Source: Rhizaria sp. SCN 62-66
Taxonomy: Eukaryota
Length of the DNA stretch: 64,000 bases
Reading direction: 5' to 3'
Assembly (NCBI GenBank): GCA_001724265.1
Contig: MEDY01000030.1
Coordinates: forward strand, 1 to 64,000
The notes below the pieces were generated by a model. The model did no database searches. It saw only the letters and a program-made list of their open reading frames with translations, and was not told the origin of the DNA. The position numbers and the translations under genes were made by a program. Positions 47,601 through 59,184 of this stretch are shown here, in pieces. How positions within the stretch are numbered: position 1 is the first letter of the stretch; each line of letters opens with the position of its first letter.

Positions 47601-50600
47601 CACGGGCGGTGGTGAACTGCGTCACTGTGTGGTTCGGGATTGGGGCCGTGAGCTGCAGTGTGCCGGGTGCAAAGTGAACTTCCTTCATTGTGTTGGAGTT
47701 GGCTTCGACCGCGGAAGCAGAGGGTGCCACGGCGGGCTCCGTCGTCGCCGTCGCTGTGATGCCCAGAGACTCGTCCACGGCCGCCGAGCCGCCCATCGCA
47801 GATCCGCTCATTGCGGAGGCGCCGCCATCGTGCCCGTGGCTGGTATTGTTGGGGTTGTTGCTGTTGTTGTTGTTGTAGCGCATGTGCGCGTACTCTGGGT
47901 CGTCTTCCCTGACATGGTGGTCATCGTGATGATGATGTTCATCATCATCGTGGTGGTGACCGTGATCGTCCTCGCACTCGCCCTCGGCGACCGCGTCCGT
48001 GAACGTGTTGCCGTTGCCCTGTCCGTCGCCGTGGCTGTGAGTGCGGCGGTAGTGGTCCTCGCGCTCAAACCGCGCGCGGTCGTGATCGGGCCCTGCACTC
48101 GCGCCGCCGGAGCCGACGACGTTGATCATAAGCTGGCCGTACTCGGCCGCGGCGGGGATCTCGTTCGCCGCGGCCGCGATCTCGTTGAGCAAGTGCACGT
48201 GGTCAGCCAGCACGAACTGCTGTTGTGGCGGGCCGGGGATGGGGTTGGGCACCATTGCGCCCGACGCCATAGACGACGTATCATCGACTTCCTAGTAGTA
48301 TTCCGAGTACCGTGGCGTACGGATGGGCTCGTCGTAGGCCGCCGTGTACGGGTTCACCGTTTCCGTCTCCACGGCTTCGTCGACAGGCGTGGGGCCGTAG
48401 AAGTCGCGGCCGACGCGGATCGGCGCCACTTCGTCGTCGTCGTGGATGATCGGCAGCGGGGGACCACCAGACTGCTGCTGCTGTTGTTGATACAGCTGTT
48501 GTTGTCGCTCAGGTCCGCCAAACTCTAGCGGCGCCTCGCCATCGATGCCCTGCTCCTGCATCATCATCATCATCATCATGGCCTCGTCGCCCTCAAAGCC
48601 CTCCATCATCACCGCGCCCTCGTCACCGCCCTCGCCCATGTGTGCGGCGGCAAACGGCGGCAGCGGTGCATGGCCTGCAGCCGCTGCGAGGTGCATATCG
48701 AGCACTTGTTGGTCCATCTCGCCGAAGTATTCGACGTCAGCGCCTGCGCCACCGACGCCGCCGCCGGCCCCGCCCGCGCCGCCGCCGCCACCGAGCCCGC
48801 CCAGCCCGCCGCCGCCGCGCCCGCCGCCGCGGCCGATGCCGCGACTGAGCCCCGACCCCGTGGCGAGGTACTGGAACCCGTCATCGTCCTCGATAACTTC
48901 CTCCGCGGCGCCCGCGGAGGGCGAGAAAGTGTAGCGCGCGTCGACACCCTTGCGGCGGCCTTCGAGGCGCCAAGTGCGCATCTCACCTTTGCCTTTGACG
49001 GGCATCGTGCCCAGGTCGGCGAGCGCGTAGCAGATGGACTCGGATGGGTGCAGCGCAGTGCCAACGGGGTCAGACCGGATGTCTTGGCCGGCCTCAATTT
49101 CGTTATCCGGAGTCATGACGAGACGCGCCGTGTCGGACGAAAGCTGGATCGTGTCGGGCTTGCACGTGGAGCCCATGCGTGACGAGGTGTTGATTGTGTC
49201 GCCGATGATGCGGTAGCGCGGGTAATGCACGCCGATCACACCGGCGACGACGGCGCCAGAGTGCAGACCCATCTTCATGCGCAGCTGTGGGAAAAGCTGT
49301 CGGATGCTCGCCAGAGCACGCAGCGCCAAGTCGCACATAACGTCGGCGTGTAGCACTTGCTCGAACGGGCAGCCGCACGAGACGAGGTAAACCTCACCGA
49401 TCGTCTCAACCTTGTACACACCGTACGCCTTAAATTCGGCGAGCTTGGCGTCTAAGTCAAGGAAGATCGCGTTGAGCAGCATGACGAGGTGTGGCGCTTC
49501 GATGCGGGAGGCGATCTTGTCAAAGTCGCAGATGGAGGTAAACATGATGGTGACGGATGGGAAACGCTCCCACGCCTGCTGCATCGCAGTGCTCTTCATG
49601 CGGTCAACAATGGGCTTCGGCAGCATGCGCAGCAGCACCATGTTCATGTTGCGCTCGTACGTCTTAATCTGCGTGTTGAGCAAAAACGACTGGCGGTCGA
49701 AGAGTTCTAAGTTATAACCTGCGCGCGCACGGAGCGCGATAGCACACAGCATCACAGCGGCCACAATGGCCCAGCTGGCGTATGTCGACAGCGTATAACG
49801 GCCGACAAGCGGCAGCGCAACGAGCGGGAACGCGCTCACTTCACCGGCCTCGAGCAGCGCAAAAACGACCCACACGAGGAAGCTGAAGATGTTTAGTACA
49901 GAGGCGACAACCCACTTGCGCTGGACGTCTGAGTGGCCCCACAGCATGACGGCCAACAATGGCGTCAGATACAGCGGGTTCAGCGTCATCCACAGAAGGA
50001 ACGCGCAGAGAATGTGAATCAGCACGAGGAGCAGCAGCGCAGCAGAGCGGACGACCTCAGCCGCTGGCATGAACGACGTCAAATGTGAGTAGAACGTGTA
50101 CGGCATCGCCGCGCGCACTGTGTGCCACTGCTCCGGCGTAGAGCAAAACGCCGTGCGGTCGTCCACAGCCGCACCCGCGCCGCCGGCGTCGCCGCTGTCG
50201 GTCGGGCCGCCGCCACCGTCACCACCACGGCCGCCGTTAACGTCATCGTCGCCGTCGACAGCGTAGTCGTCGTCGAAGTCGCCCGGTGACCGCACGTTAC
50301 CGCGTCCAGCGGCGAGGGGTGACTCAGCGCCGTCGGGCAGCATACGCTCAACCGCCTCTGGCAGCTCCGCCGTGGGCAGGTCTTCGTCCTGCGCCGCGGT
50401 CGCCGCGGCAGTACGGTTTGTGTCGGCCACGAGCTCTGCGCCGTCGCTCAGCACCACGCCGTCGTGGTTCACTTCGAGCACCACGGAACCCATGGGCACG
50501 TGGGCGCCGTCGTCTGCGCGCGCGGCGTTAGCGCTAGCGGCCGCGGCGGCGCTGGCGGCGGCGTTGGCGGCGGTTTGGGCCTTGCGTGCGGCGACGACAC

Positions 50601-51195
50601 GCTCGCATAGACTGTGTGTGATGTACCAGGCGACGCCGATAACGACAAAGCCCAGCACGCGGAGGCCAAGCACGACGTACAGCAGCGTCTGTTTGTCGCC
50701 CCACGCCGCGCCAGAGTCAGGGGCGAAGTCGAAGTCTTGCACAACGAAGTCTGCGAGAGCGAGCAAGGCCCACAGGGGCAGCATAAGAAGAAACGGGCTT
50801 GTGGTCGAAGCGCCAATCTTCTGCGCATAGTTCGCGTACGCGGCTTCGAGGTAGGCACTGAAAAAGCCTAGGGTGTGGGAGTCGACCATCTGCTCCATCA
50901 GAGTAGGGAGCTCGACGTCTATTTCGTCGCCTTCAGAGACCTGACCGAAACCGGAGTCGCCGTTGGACATAGCGTCCTCTTCGTCGTCGTAGTTGTGATT
51001 GTACAGACTTGGGCGCAACGTGCGGGGTTGCCCGGACGGCACCGTCGACGGCGCGGCTCGCGATGGAAGACGCGCAGGTTCGGCGGCCGTCTCAGGCCCG
51101 ACGTAGTAGGAAGAGCCCGGACCGCGTCGCGGCGGGGGCTCCGACAGGCCGTGCTGCGGCCCGGGGCTAGCTTGCGGCGGGGACTCGTACTCCAT
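41656..51195 (-). CDS. Membrane class III nucleotide cyclase, TM-C1-linker-TM-C2, probably guanylyl cyclase (~3,180 aa), with an in-frame TAG at 48292-48294
   Basis: ORFs 51255-48292 and 48270-41656 share a frame (TAC TAC TAG GAA GTC GAT GAT ACG TCG TCT ATG). C1: YKVETIGEVY...PRYRIIGDTINTSSRM. C2: LFADVVSFT...YKVETIGDCY...PRYHLFG. Ends in TAA. The start codon is uncertain and an upstream exon is possible. Confidence 0.85.
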
Positions 51196-52277
51196 GCTGG
51201 AGAGGCGTCCCTCGGACCGGCGGGGTGTGGAGTCGCTGCTCAGAGGCAGGAACAATTAACGGGGAGTGCCAGAGGACAGTAAGCTGCAGTTGCAGAAGTT
51301 TTGACGTGAGTGTGATACTCTCACAGTTACAGGGGCAGATCGCACCTAGCGAAAACCCAGCTACGGTTTGGCATAGCGGCGCGAATTCAAGCACAAATAG
51401 AAAGAAGTGTAACGTTAGTATATCATAGTCGAGCCCTGAAAAATAGCTGAGCGGCCTCACCGCACTAGCGCAACTCTCGGAAGCAGAGGAGTGGATGGTC
51501 AAACAGTGGGGCATGTGGGTAAAAGCATGTGTAGGGACTAAGTCGCCGTAAAGGCCACGAAGTACAGGAAGAAGAGAGATAGTAGAAAATTAACCAAATA
51601 ACTCCAGGCAGTTGCACAGGCGTCATCAGATGTCAAGACGAGTGCGTAATTTGATCGGCTCGGTCGGGCGAACTTAACGCCCTTTGTGTCGGTCGCCTCC
51701 AGCCACGGTACCCCCTCGGCTCTACCACCTCGGTTTGGTAAGACTTGACAGCCTCATACAGTTCACGACGTCTTACGAGTGCGAGCGCTTTGGGGCAGAT
51801 ATAACCAGTTTGACAAAGTCGGGTGAAAGTGAAATTGGAGTATGATGCGAATATCGATGCGAATATCCAATAAATATGCGTTTTTATTCCGTGAGAAGTT
51901 ATAAAATATCACATTGGCCCGGGCCAATGTGTAAATAAGGTCAAAGGCGAGAGGTGCGCGCGGGTTTTCACACAAACAACAACAGCACTTCCACGCACAC
52001 ACAGACAATCAGAAACTTGCGAAGAAAAAACGACACTGAGAGCACACAATATTAGGGAATATGACACTTAATAAACACAAACACTCCACAGAAAAACCCA
52101 GCTTTTGCTTGCTGTGTTACTGATTATCGTCGTCGAAGCGGCGCTTCTGTGAGTAGCTCACTCACTCATTGACTCACGAGAAAAGCGCATAGATAGCAAA
52201 AACAACAGCAATGAAGACGATAGTAGCACACGCAAACACAGTCGCATGAAGTTTGCGGGGCTCACCAAATCAATCAC

Positions 52278-53678
52278 TCATCGTGTCTCAGAGCTCTCCT
52301 GCTTCTGCTCAGCCGCAGTCGCAGGAGCAGTGGGACTGGGACTCGCGGTCACGGGTGCCGGAGTACCTGCCGCGGCGCCATGGGCGTGATCATCATCGTG
52401 CGCGTGTCCCTGTCCGCGGCCGTAGAGGTAGCCGTGCCCGTGCCCGTGACTGCTGCTGCCGCGGCCGCGGCCGTGGCCGTGTTCATGGTCGTGGTCGTGG
52501 CCGTGGCCGTGGCCGTGGCCGTGATCATGCCCGTGGCCGTGATCGTGGAAGTCGCAGTCGCGCAGCAGCACGCGCTTCAGCGTCTCGTACACGCCCCAGC
52601 AGATGGCCGCCGAGGGCATGAACAGCAGAACGCGCGCGCGGGCGCCCTTGGTGAACCCGGCCCAGCCGTTCTCCGCGTAGATCTTCTTGGCCATGGCGAC
52701 AGTGCCGAGCCGGCCGAGCGCGCCCGCGGGCACGTCCTGGGTCTGGATGCGCGTGCGGAGGACGTCCAGCGGGTTCGACACCAGTCCGCCGAGCGCGCCT
52801 GCAAGCCCGCCGGCGAAGATGTCGCGCAGAGGCGTGTGGTCGGCGCCGAGGAGCTGGCGCGCCGAGGTCTGCACGCCCTCGTAGATGGTGAAGTGCGTCG
52901 CCATATATGGGATGTTGAGCAGCACGGTCGCCGGGTACGAGGCGTAGAACGCGCGGAGTCCCTCGGCGGCCCACACGCGGCGGATGCACTGCGTGACGCT
53001 GGCGTAGGCGGACCCGGCGACCTGCATGCGCTGCTTGACGACGTCAAGCGGGGTGGAGATGGCGTCGTGCAGCATCGTCGCGCCCAGCCCGGCGGTCACG
53101 TTCGCCACGGGCGTGTGCGAGTCACGCGTGGCGCCCAGCGCGCGCTTGAGCGTCTCGTAGGAGCCAAAGTAGGCGGCGTGAGCCGGGATCGCGCCCAGCG
53201 CGGCGGCCGGGAGACCGCGGTACAGGTGCGTCACGCCCTCAGTGCGCACGATCGTCTTGAGAGTGCGGTGGATGGAGGTGTACGTCGCGGCGGTGGTAGA
53301 GGAGTGGACTTGCTGCATGCGCGTCTTAATGGTGTCGACGGGGAACATGATCATGTGTTCCGTGACGCCGGCGGCGGCGCCGGCGATCATGGCCTTGGCG
53401 GTGGACATGCCAGGGATGGACATCAGGTCCATGTCTTCCGCGTGCGCGTGGAATGACAGCGACGAGTTGCGGCTGCTGCTGGGACCACTGCTACAAGTGG
53501 TGTTGTGAAAGCCGAGGATGCGCGCGAGAGAGAAAGGTGCGTTGGGGCGCTGGGCGGCAGATCCGGAAGCGGAGGCGGGATTAGGCGACGTCGGGGAAGC
53601 CGACGACGAAGTTGACGAAGAAGAGCGCATAGAGGTGTGCAAGGCCGCGGAGGCGGTCTCGCTAACAGTAAACGGCAT
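52278..53678 (-). CDS. Mitoferrin-like mitochondrial carrier (MRS3/4, SLC25A28/37 type) with a His-rich C-terminal tail
   Basis: Three carrier signatures (PVDTIKTRMQ, PLDVVKQRMQ, PLDVLRTRIQ) plus mitoferrin-type motifs AGVTEHMIMFP, GAIPAHAAYF, ATMLHDA and FYASYP..LLNIP. Ends in TGA. Confidence 0.9.
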   Translation of the reverse strand: MPFTVSETASAALHTSMRSSSSTSSSASPTSPNPASASGSAAQRPNAPFSLARILGFHNTTCSSGPSSSRNSSLSFHAHAEDMDLMSIPGMSTAKAMIAGAAAGVTEHMIMFPVDTIKTRMQQVHSSTTAATYTSIHRTLKTIVRTEGVTHLYRGLPAAALGAIPAHAAYFGSYETLKRALGATRDSHTPVANVTAGLGATMLHDAISTPLDVVKQRMQVAGSAYASVTQCIRRVWAAEGLRAFYASYPATVLLNIPYMATHFTIYEGVQTSARQLLGADHTPLRDIFAGGLAGALGGLVSNPLDVLRTRIQTQDVPAGALGRLGTVAMAKKIYAENGWAGFTKGARARVLLFMPSAAICWGVYETLKRVLLRDCDFHDHGHGHDHGHGHGHGHDHDHEHGHGRGRGSSSHGHGHGYLYGRGQGHAHDDDHAHGAAAGTPAPVTASPSPTAPATAAEQKQESSETR

Positions 53679-54369
53679 GACAACGAGTGGGTGGTGAAAG
53701 AGAAAGAGTGTGGCTGGGGGGCTACAGGAGTCGAGGATGTGTTGTCTATGTAGCAGACGAGGGGCTCTTCGCGTTGAAGAGCGGAGCTAAAGATGCGAGC
53801 GAATAAACCACAAAGGTCAAGGTATGTGAGAAAACAAAAATGCAAGCATGACCAAATACAGACGCAACCCGGTTTGAAAAGAGAACGCAGACTAAACGGC
53901 GGAGTGTACGTGGCAAGAATGCTCATCTCGGGGTTTGCTCTTCCGCACTCCTCTGCTCCGACCACAGCCCGCTTTGTGGGCTGAAGTAATCCTTCTAGTG
54001 CACAGCTTCCCGCGCGGTACCGATTAAAGCTCACCCCGACTGACCGCTCTTGAGAGGTCTGCTTCGGAAATACCTGGCCGTGTGTGGCCATCGTCAATTA
54101 TGATATTACTTCCCTTTGAACTGATGTTTTGTTGTGTTTTGTCTCTTTTTTAATTTCGACGGCGCTGTTGGGCTGGGATGGCTCGACGCAGCTTGATGGA
54201 CGTTCCCCAAATTGACTTGACTCAGACTGGTGCTCTGACCTCCCTGTCTATCACGCCACCAGGGGCTCAGGATTGCATGCTCGTCTCTGAAAACACACGG
54301 AATAACTTTATTTTCTATGTTTATCGATGCACCTCTTCTTCCCATCACAGCTCCACTTGTCTCTGAGTG

Positions 54370-57300
54370 ATGAGCCGACAAACTCGAGTTCGCGCCCAAC
54401 AAGATGGGCAGCAACCCACCTTCAGCTAGCACTCGGCTGTGTGGGTCGACGGAGCGGGGGCGTACAACGCCAACGCCTCCGGTCCGGGCTTTCTGAGTGA
54501 CAGCCTGCGTAAGCGGCTTGAGGACGCAGGCTACGCCATCAACACGGCGGACCAACTCCCTTCGCTGGATGAGCTCACGCGTCTCATCACAGTCGATCTC
54601 GCCGGTCTCTGGCTCGCCCCTAGCCGCGTCCGTGCCATGTTTCCCGCCCCGGCGGCACCACAAGCAGCGACAGCGCCCACCGCAGGGGCGACGGCTGCTG
54701 CGCAGCCGTCTATGCGCGCTCAGCGGCTGCCGCGCCGCAACAATAGCCGCGTTACCGAGGTTGTGCTCATTAGCGACTCCAGTTCGGAGGCCGGCTCCGA
54801 CAACGAAGATATTCGCGGTGGTATCAAGGCCGGCGACAACATGGCCGACGGCAGCAGTGCTGTCAAGATCGACGGCGGCGCCAGTGCTGTCCGTGCGCAG
54901 CTCGCACCGGTCGCGGACGCGGATAACGATAAGAACGCTAAGAACTCCGCCGCCGATGTCAAGCCCGTCGACATGAAGCCAACCGCGGCGGATCAGAAGC
55001 CCGCCGCCGTGGCTGGCTACATGACAGATGCCGCTGTGCCTGCTGATTTTAGGTCTGCTACCTCTGCCTCTGCGTTTGGTCCCGCTCTGCCCCCGTCCTC
55101 AGCCGCTGCCGCCTCTGCTGCAGTGACCTTGACCGCGACCGCGGCCGTTGCTGCAGCCGATGCGGACGCCGGCGACGACACCGACGCGGCGCTGCGGCCC
55201 GCACTGCTCCGCTCCGTGCTGCAGCTCACTATTGAGGCCGCCAAGACTATCTCCGCGCTCAACTGGGGCGAGCGGTCCACGCCGACGACAGAGCTACTGC
55301 AGCGCGCGATGTCATCCTCGCACAACCGCGCCGGTCCACTGCCCGCCGCCGCCCTCACTGGCACGGCCGCACTGCTGCGCGCGCTGCGTGAACGGTCCGC
55401 GCCCGGTGAGCCTCTGTATGTGGCCCTCGAATCAGCCCCCGCGGAGGCCGTTGCGCGCACGCTGTTCCTCCTGCAGCGCGCTCGCCTCGCGCGGCACGTC
55501 GTGCGCATCCTCAACGCCGCGCTGCTGGACGGCGAGTGGGCGCGTCTGGAGCCCGCCGCGACGACGCCGGCGCGCGAGGCCAAGTTCGAGCTCACGACAG
55601 ACTGCCCCGCGGAGCTGTTTCTGACTCTGTGGAGCGATGTGATGACCGTGCTGGCGCAGGCGCGGTGGCTGGATCACCCGCCGCCCGCCGCGCGCCCGCA
55701 GTCGCTGCCGCTGCCGGCCGTGGGGGACGTGCTGCCCGCGTGGATGGAGCTGCCCGCGCAGCCGAGCCCGACGCCGACGATGCTGTGGCACGAGAAAGAG
55801 CGGCAGCGCGGAGAGTTTTCCGTCCGGTTCCCGTTGCCGCCTGCCGTGCTTGCACGCATTGTGCAGACGGAGCGTGCGCTGCTCGCGGATGACGCGCGCG
55901 CTAATGCTGACGCAAACGCTCACGCACACGCCAATTCCAGCTCCAGCTTCAGAGCCAGCGTCAGTGCAAGTGCCAGTGCGAGGGCGAGTGATGACAGTGG
56001 CGCTGGCTCCGGAGCGTTGCAGCCTTCGGCGTTATCTTCAACACTGACAATGCAAGGCCAGACACCGATTTACGGCGTCGCGCCTGTGACATTCTACGAC
56101 TTATTGGGCGCTGACGGCGACGCGCCCGGCTGCTACGAATCGTGGCCTCGCGCGCTGCTGCGCCAGCTTAACGTTTCACAGCAACAGCAGGAAGACTAGC
56201 GGCAGGAGCATAATGTGCGCAGTGAAGCTGACCTGCGTGCGTTAACGCCCGATGAGTGCGCTGCACTGATCGAGAGCCAACTCCCAGCGCCAGCGATGCT
56301 CATGGTTCACTTACAGCGCACTGACAGCGACGACCGCGTCGGCAGCAGTGACGTAGACCAGGACGAGGTGGGCGGGCCTGACGAGGCGCGACTGCGGCTG
56401 CTGCGGCGAAAGCACGTGATGTCTGCTCTTTTCGCCGGGACACACGTGGCGCCCGACTTTGACCCGTATGGACTCACCCTGCGCGAACCCTGGACGCCCC
56501 GCGCGCCGCTCTCCCATCTGCTTTCACCGACGCCCACAGTCTCTCCCGAGCCGGCTACTGCATGTACTCGTGGCTCGCTTGAGGTTGTGCTCTTCCAGTT
56601 GGCGCTGGAGCGGCTGGAGACCGCCGCCGCGCTGCCGTGGCCCGTTCCGCCGCCATACCTGCGCCGGTTTTGCCACGCCGCTGGCCATGCACGGGCTCCG
56701 CCGACCGCAGCGCCGCCCGCGTTCCCGTCCCCCGGGTGGTCCTTTCGCGCGCAGCTGCTGACGCTGGCGTGCCTGGCCAGCGCGATGCCGCTGCTGCACC
56801 CGCTGTGGGCGGACCGGCTGTGGCGCAGAACGCTCTCGGGCTCGGTCAGGCTCCTGTGGCGGCTACCGGATCAGGCGCTGCGGAGCGACACGACGTGCGA
56901 TGCGTTGTTGAAGCTACTGTTGGCCACGATGAACCGCGCGAGTGTGGCGGCGCAGCGCTGGGAACCGATTCCCTGGCTCTTGTTTGGTGAGACCGTTGAC
57001 TTCGCGCTCACGCCGCCTGCGATCTGGCTCGGCCTTGCCGCAGGGGTGCGGTTTGCGCTGTCGCCGATTCTGTCGCGCCGTATTGCCGGACTGACGTTGC
57101 TGCAGGGCCATGTGTTCATGATCCGTCGCTCATTCAGCCAGATTCGCAAGAATTTTAATGAGATTGAGGGGTTCAAAGCCTTCAATGCGAGCCTCGGCAT
57201 CCCTGAAGGTCCTCTGATGCTACCAGCTTCACGCGAAACCCCCGTAAGCTTGTTGTTCCGCGTGCGACCGCGCCAAGCCTTCGAACTTTCTTCGCCGGGC

Positions 57301-59147
57301 TCGGCGCTCCGCGAGTGGGCCTTCAACGTGTCGCATCTGCTGACCGCCGCAGCCGTGTTCCACGACGCGACCGTGCCCTCTCGCATTCACGAGCGGTTTA
57401 TCCCATCTCTCGGCCCGCTGCTCACGGTCATGGCACACGCCGACGCTCTGGCGCCCAGGGACATTGACGCGCTGTTTGCCATTGCTGACGCGCAACAAGA
57501 GGGCGAGCGCGTTGCCGTCGCCAACATCGTGCAGCCCGCCGTGGTGGCGCTCTCACCGCGCGCGCGTAGTCACGCGTTCATGTATCTGACGCTGCTTGAG
57601 CCCGCGAAGTGGACGCCGACTGTTGTTATGCTGGCCTCCGCGCTTACGGCGGCGGCGCTCGCCGAGCTCTCCAGTGAGCCGCTGACAGAGTCCACTGTGG
57701 CAGAGCAGATCGCTGTCGCGTGGGCGCAGCTCAGCGCCCCGCGGTCCACAGCGACGGAGAGCGACGACGCCGTGCTGGCGCGTGTGTGGCCCGCGCTGCG
57801 GTGCCAGTCTGCGCGTGTGATGACGCAGGCCCAGGTTTTTTTTGCCGGGGACGCGGGCGCTGTTGTTGACCTGTCGAACTCCATGCTGCCGGTTTTTGTC
57901 TGCGTCGCCAGGGCTTACGCCGCCGCCCTCAAGGCCACTCCGAGCGTTCGCCTTGCCCAAAAGCTCAACTGGCATGCTCACGGACCGTGGGCGCTCACTG
58001 CGGCGTCGGACGTGGCCGCTCTCGCGCGCGGTCTCGGCCTGCGCTGCCAGTCAGAGGCCGTTTCCGCCGCCTCCGCAGCGATTATCGCGCAGTGTCGCGC
58101 CGCGCTGGCGACACAGAATGAGGGAGATGCAGCTGTCGTAGCCGCTGGGCAAACAGCACGGTCACTCCCGGTGCTGGCGCTGGGCGCTCTGCCGCTTATG
58201 TGGGAGTTGACCTTCAACGCTGGCGACTCTGTGTCGTCTGAAACAGCGGCGCACCTGGCGGGCGCGGTGGCACAACTTGCGCCGCAGCTACCGCCGCTGC
58301 TGACCGAAGCGCTGACGAAAGAAGTCGGAAAAGCACTGGGCAGCGGGAGCTCGTTCCAGGCCGCGGCGCAGGTCTTTTCGCGCCTCGTAGAGGCCTGCGC
58401 GGCGAGCTGTGTCGGTAATGGCGGCGGCGACGCGGAGGTGGGCAACGCACCCGCTTTTCAGCCTATGGACTCCCCACTAGCGCCGGGATACTTCTGCGAG
58501 ACTGCGCTGTGCTGGAAAGCCTGCAGCTTCGACCGTCAATATGACATTTTGCCTCGGGTGATGGAGGGGCTCGCGGGCTTTCTCGACGGCACAGTCGCGC
58601 GCTGCGCGCCGGGGCCCGCGCTCCAGGCCGCTGCGCGGGAGGCGGCGCTGCGGCTTGACTTCATGCGCGCGCACTTGTTGCGGTCTGCATGCGCCGTTCA
58701 GGTGCGTTTTTCTGATTACCAGCTGGTTAAGCTTTGGGCGGCCATCTGTGCTGGCACTGCGCACGTGCCTGACGCCGCTGTGCCGCAGCTCGCGCCGCTT
58801 TTGCGTGCGTTTGGCCGGCTTGTTACGTGCGTGATTAACAACGCTGAGACAGGGTCTGAGCTTGCTGAGCAGTTGCTCGATGCCATGGCCAACGCCATTG
58901 CCGAACGGCCCGCGCTGCTCCGCTCCCCCGCAGTGTACACGGCGCTCATGACACTCTTCACTGCCGCAAACAGCACTGTACTGATGCCGTACTTTTCTCT
59001 CCCCAACGGCACGGTGCCCATCCCGTATCCGCGCGCGGACACAGAAGACTTTGTCGAGATCCCGTTCGCATCAATCAGCGGTGCGGCGGGCAATTCCGCT
59101 GCCACGGACGGCAGGAGCAGCACTTTGACTGCCGGATGCGACGACGA

Positions 59148-59184
<37 letters not shown>

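Noticed and set aside
51844-51867. Direct repeat GATGCGAATATC x2
   Set aside because: Only two copies, with no array or element structure.
54178-54366. 62-aa ORF as the first coding exon of the USP
   Set aside because: It ends in TGA just before ATG 54370, and I found no splice that joins it to the USP frame without a stop. It may be a uORF or 5' UTR.
9587-56199. Pyrrolysine, programmed readthrough or mass pseudogenisation as the explanation for the TAGs
   Set aside because: There is no shared downstream signal, the TAGs lie in linkers rather than active sites, tandem TAG TAG occurs, catalytic motifs are intact and there are no internal TAA/TGA. RNA editing cannot be excluded from DNA alone.
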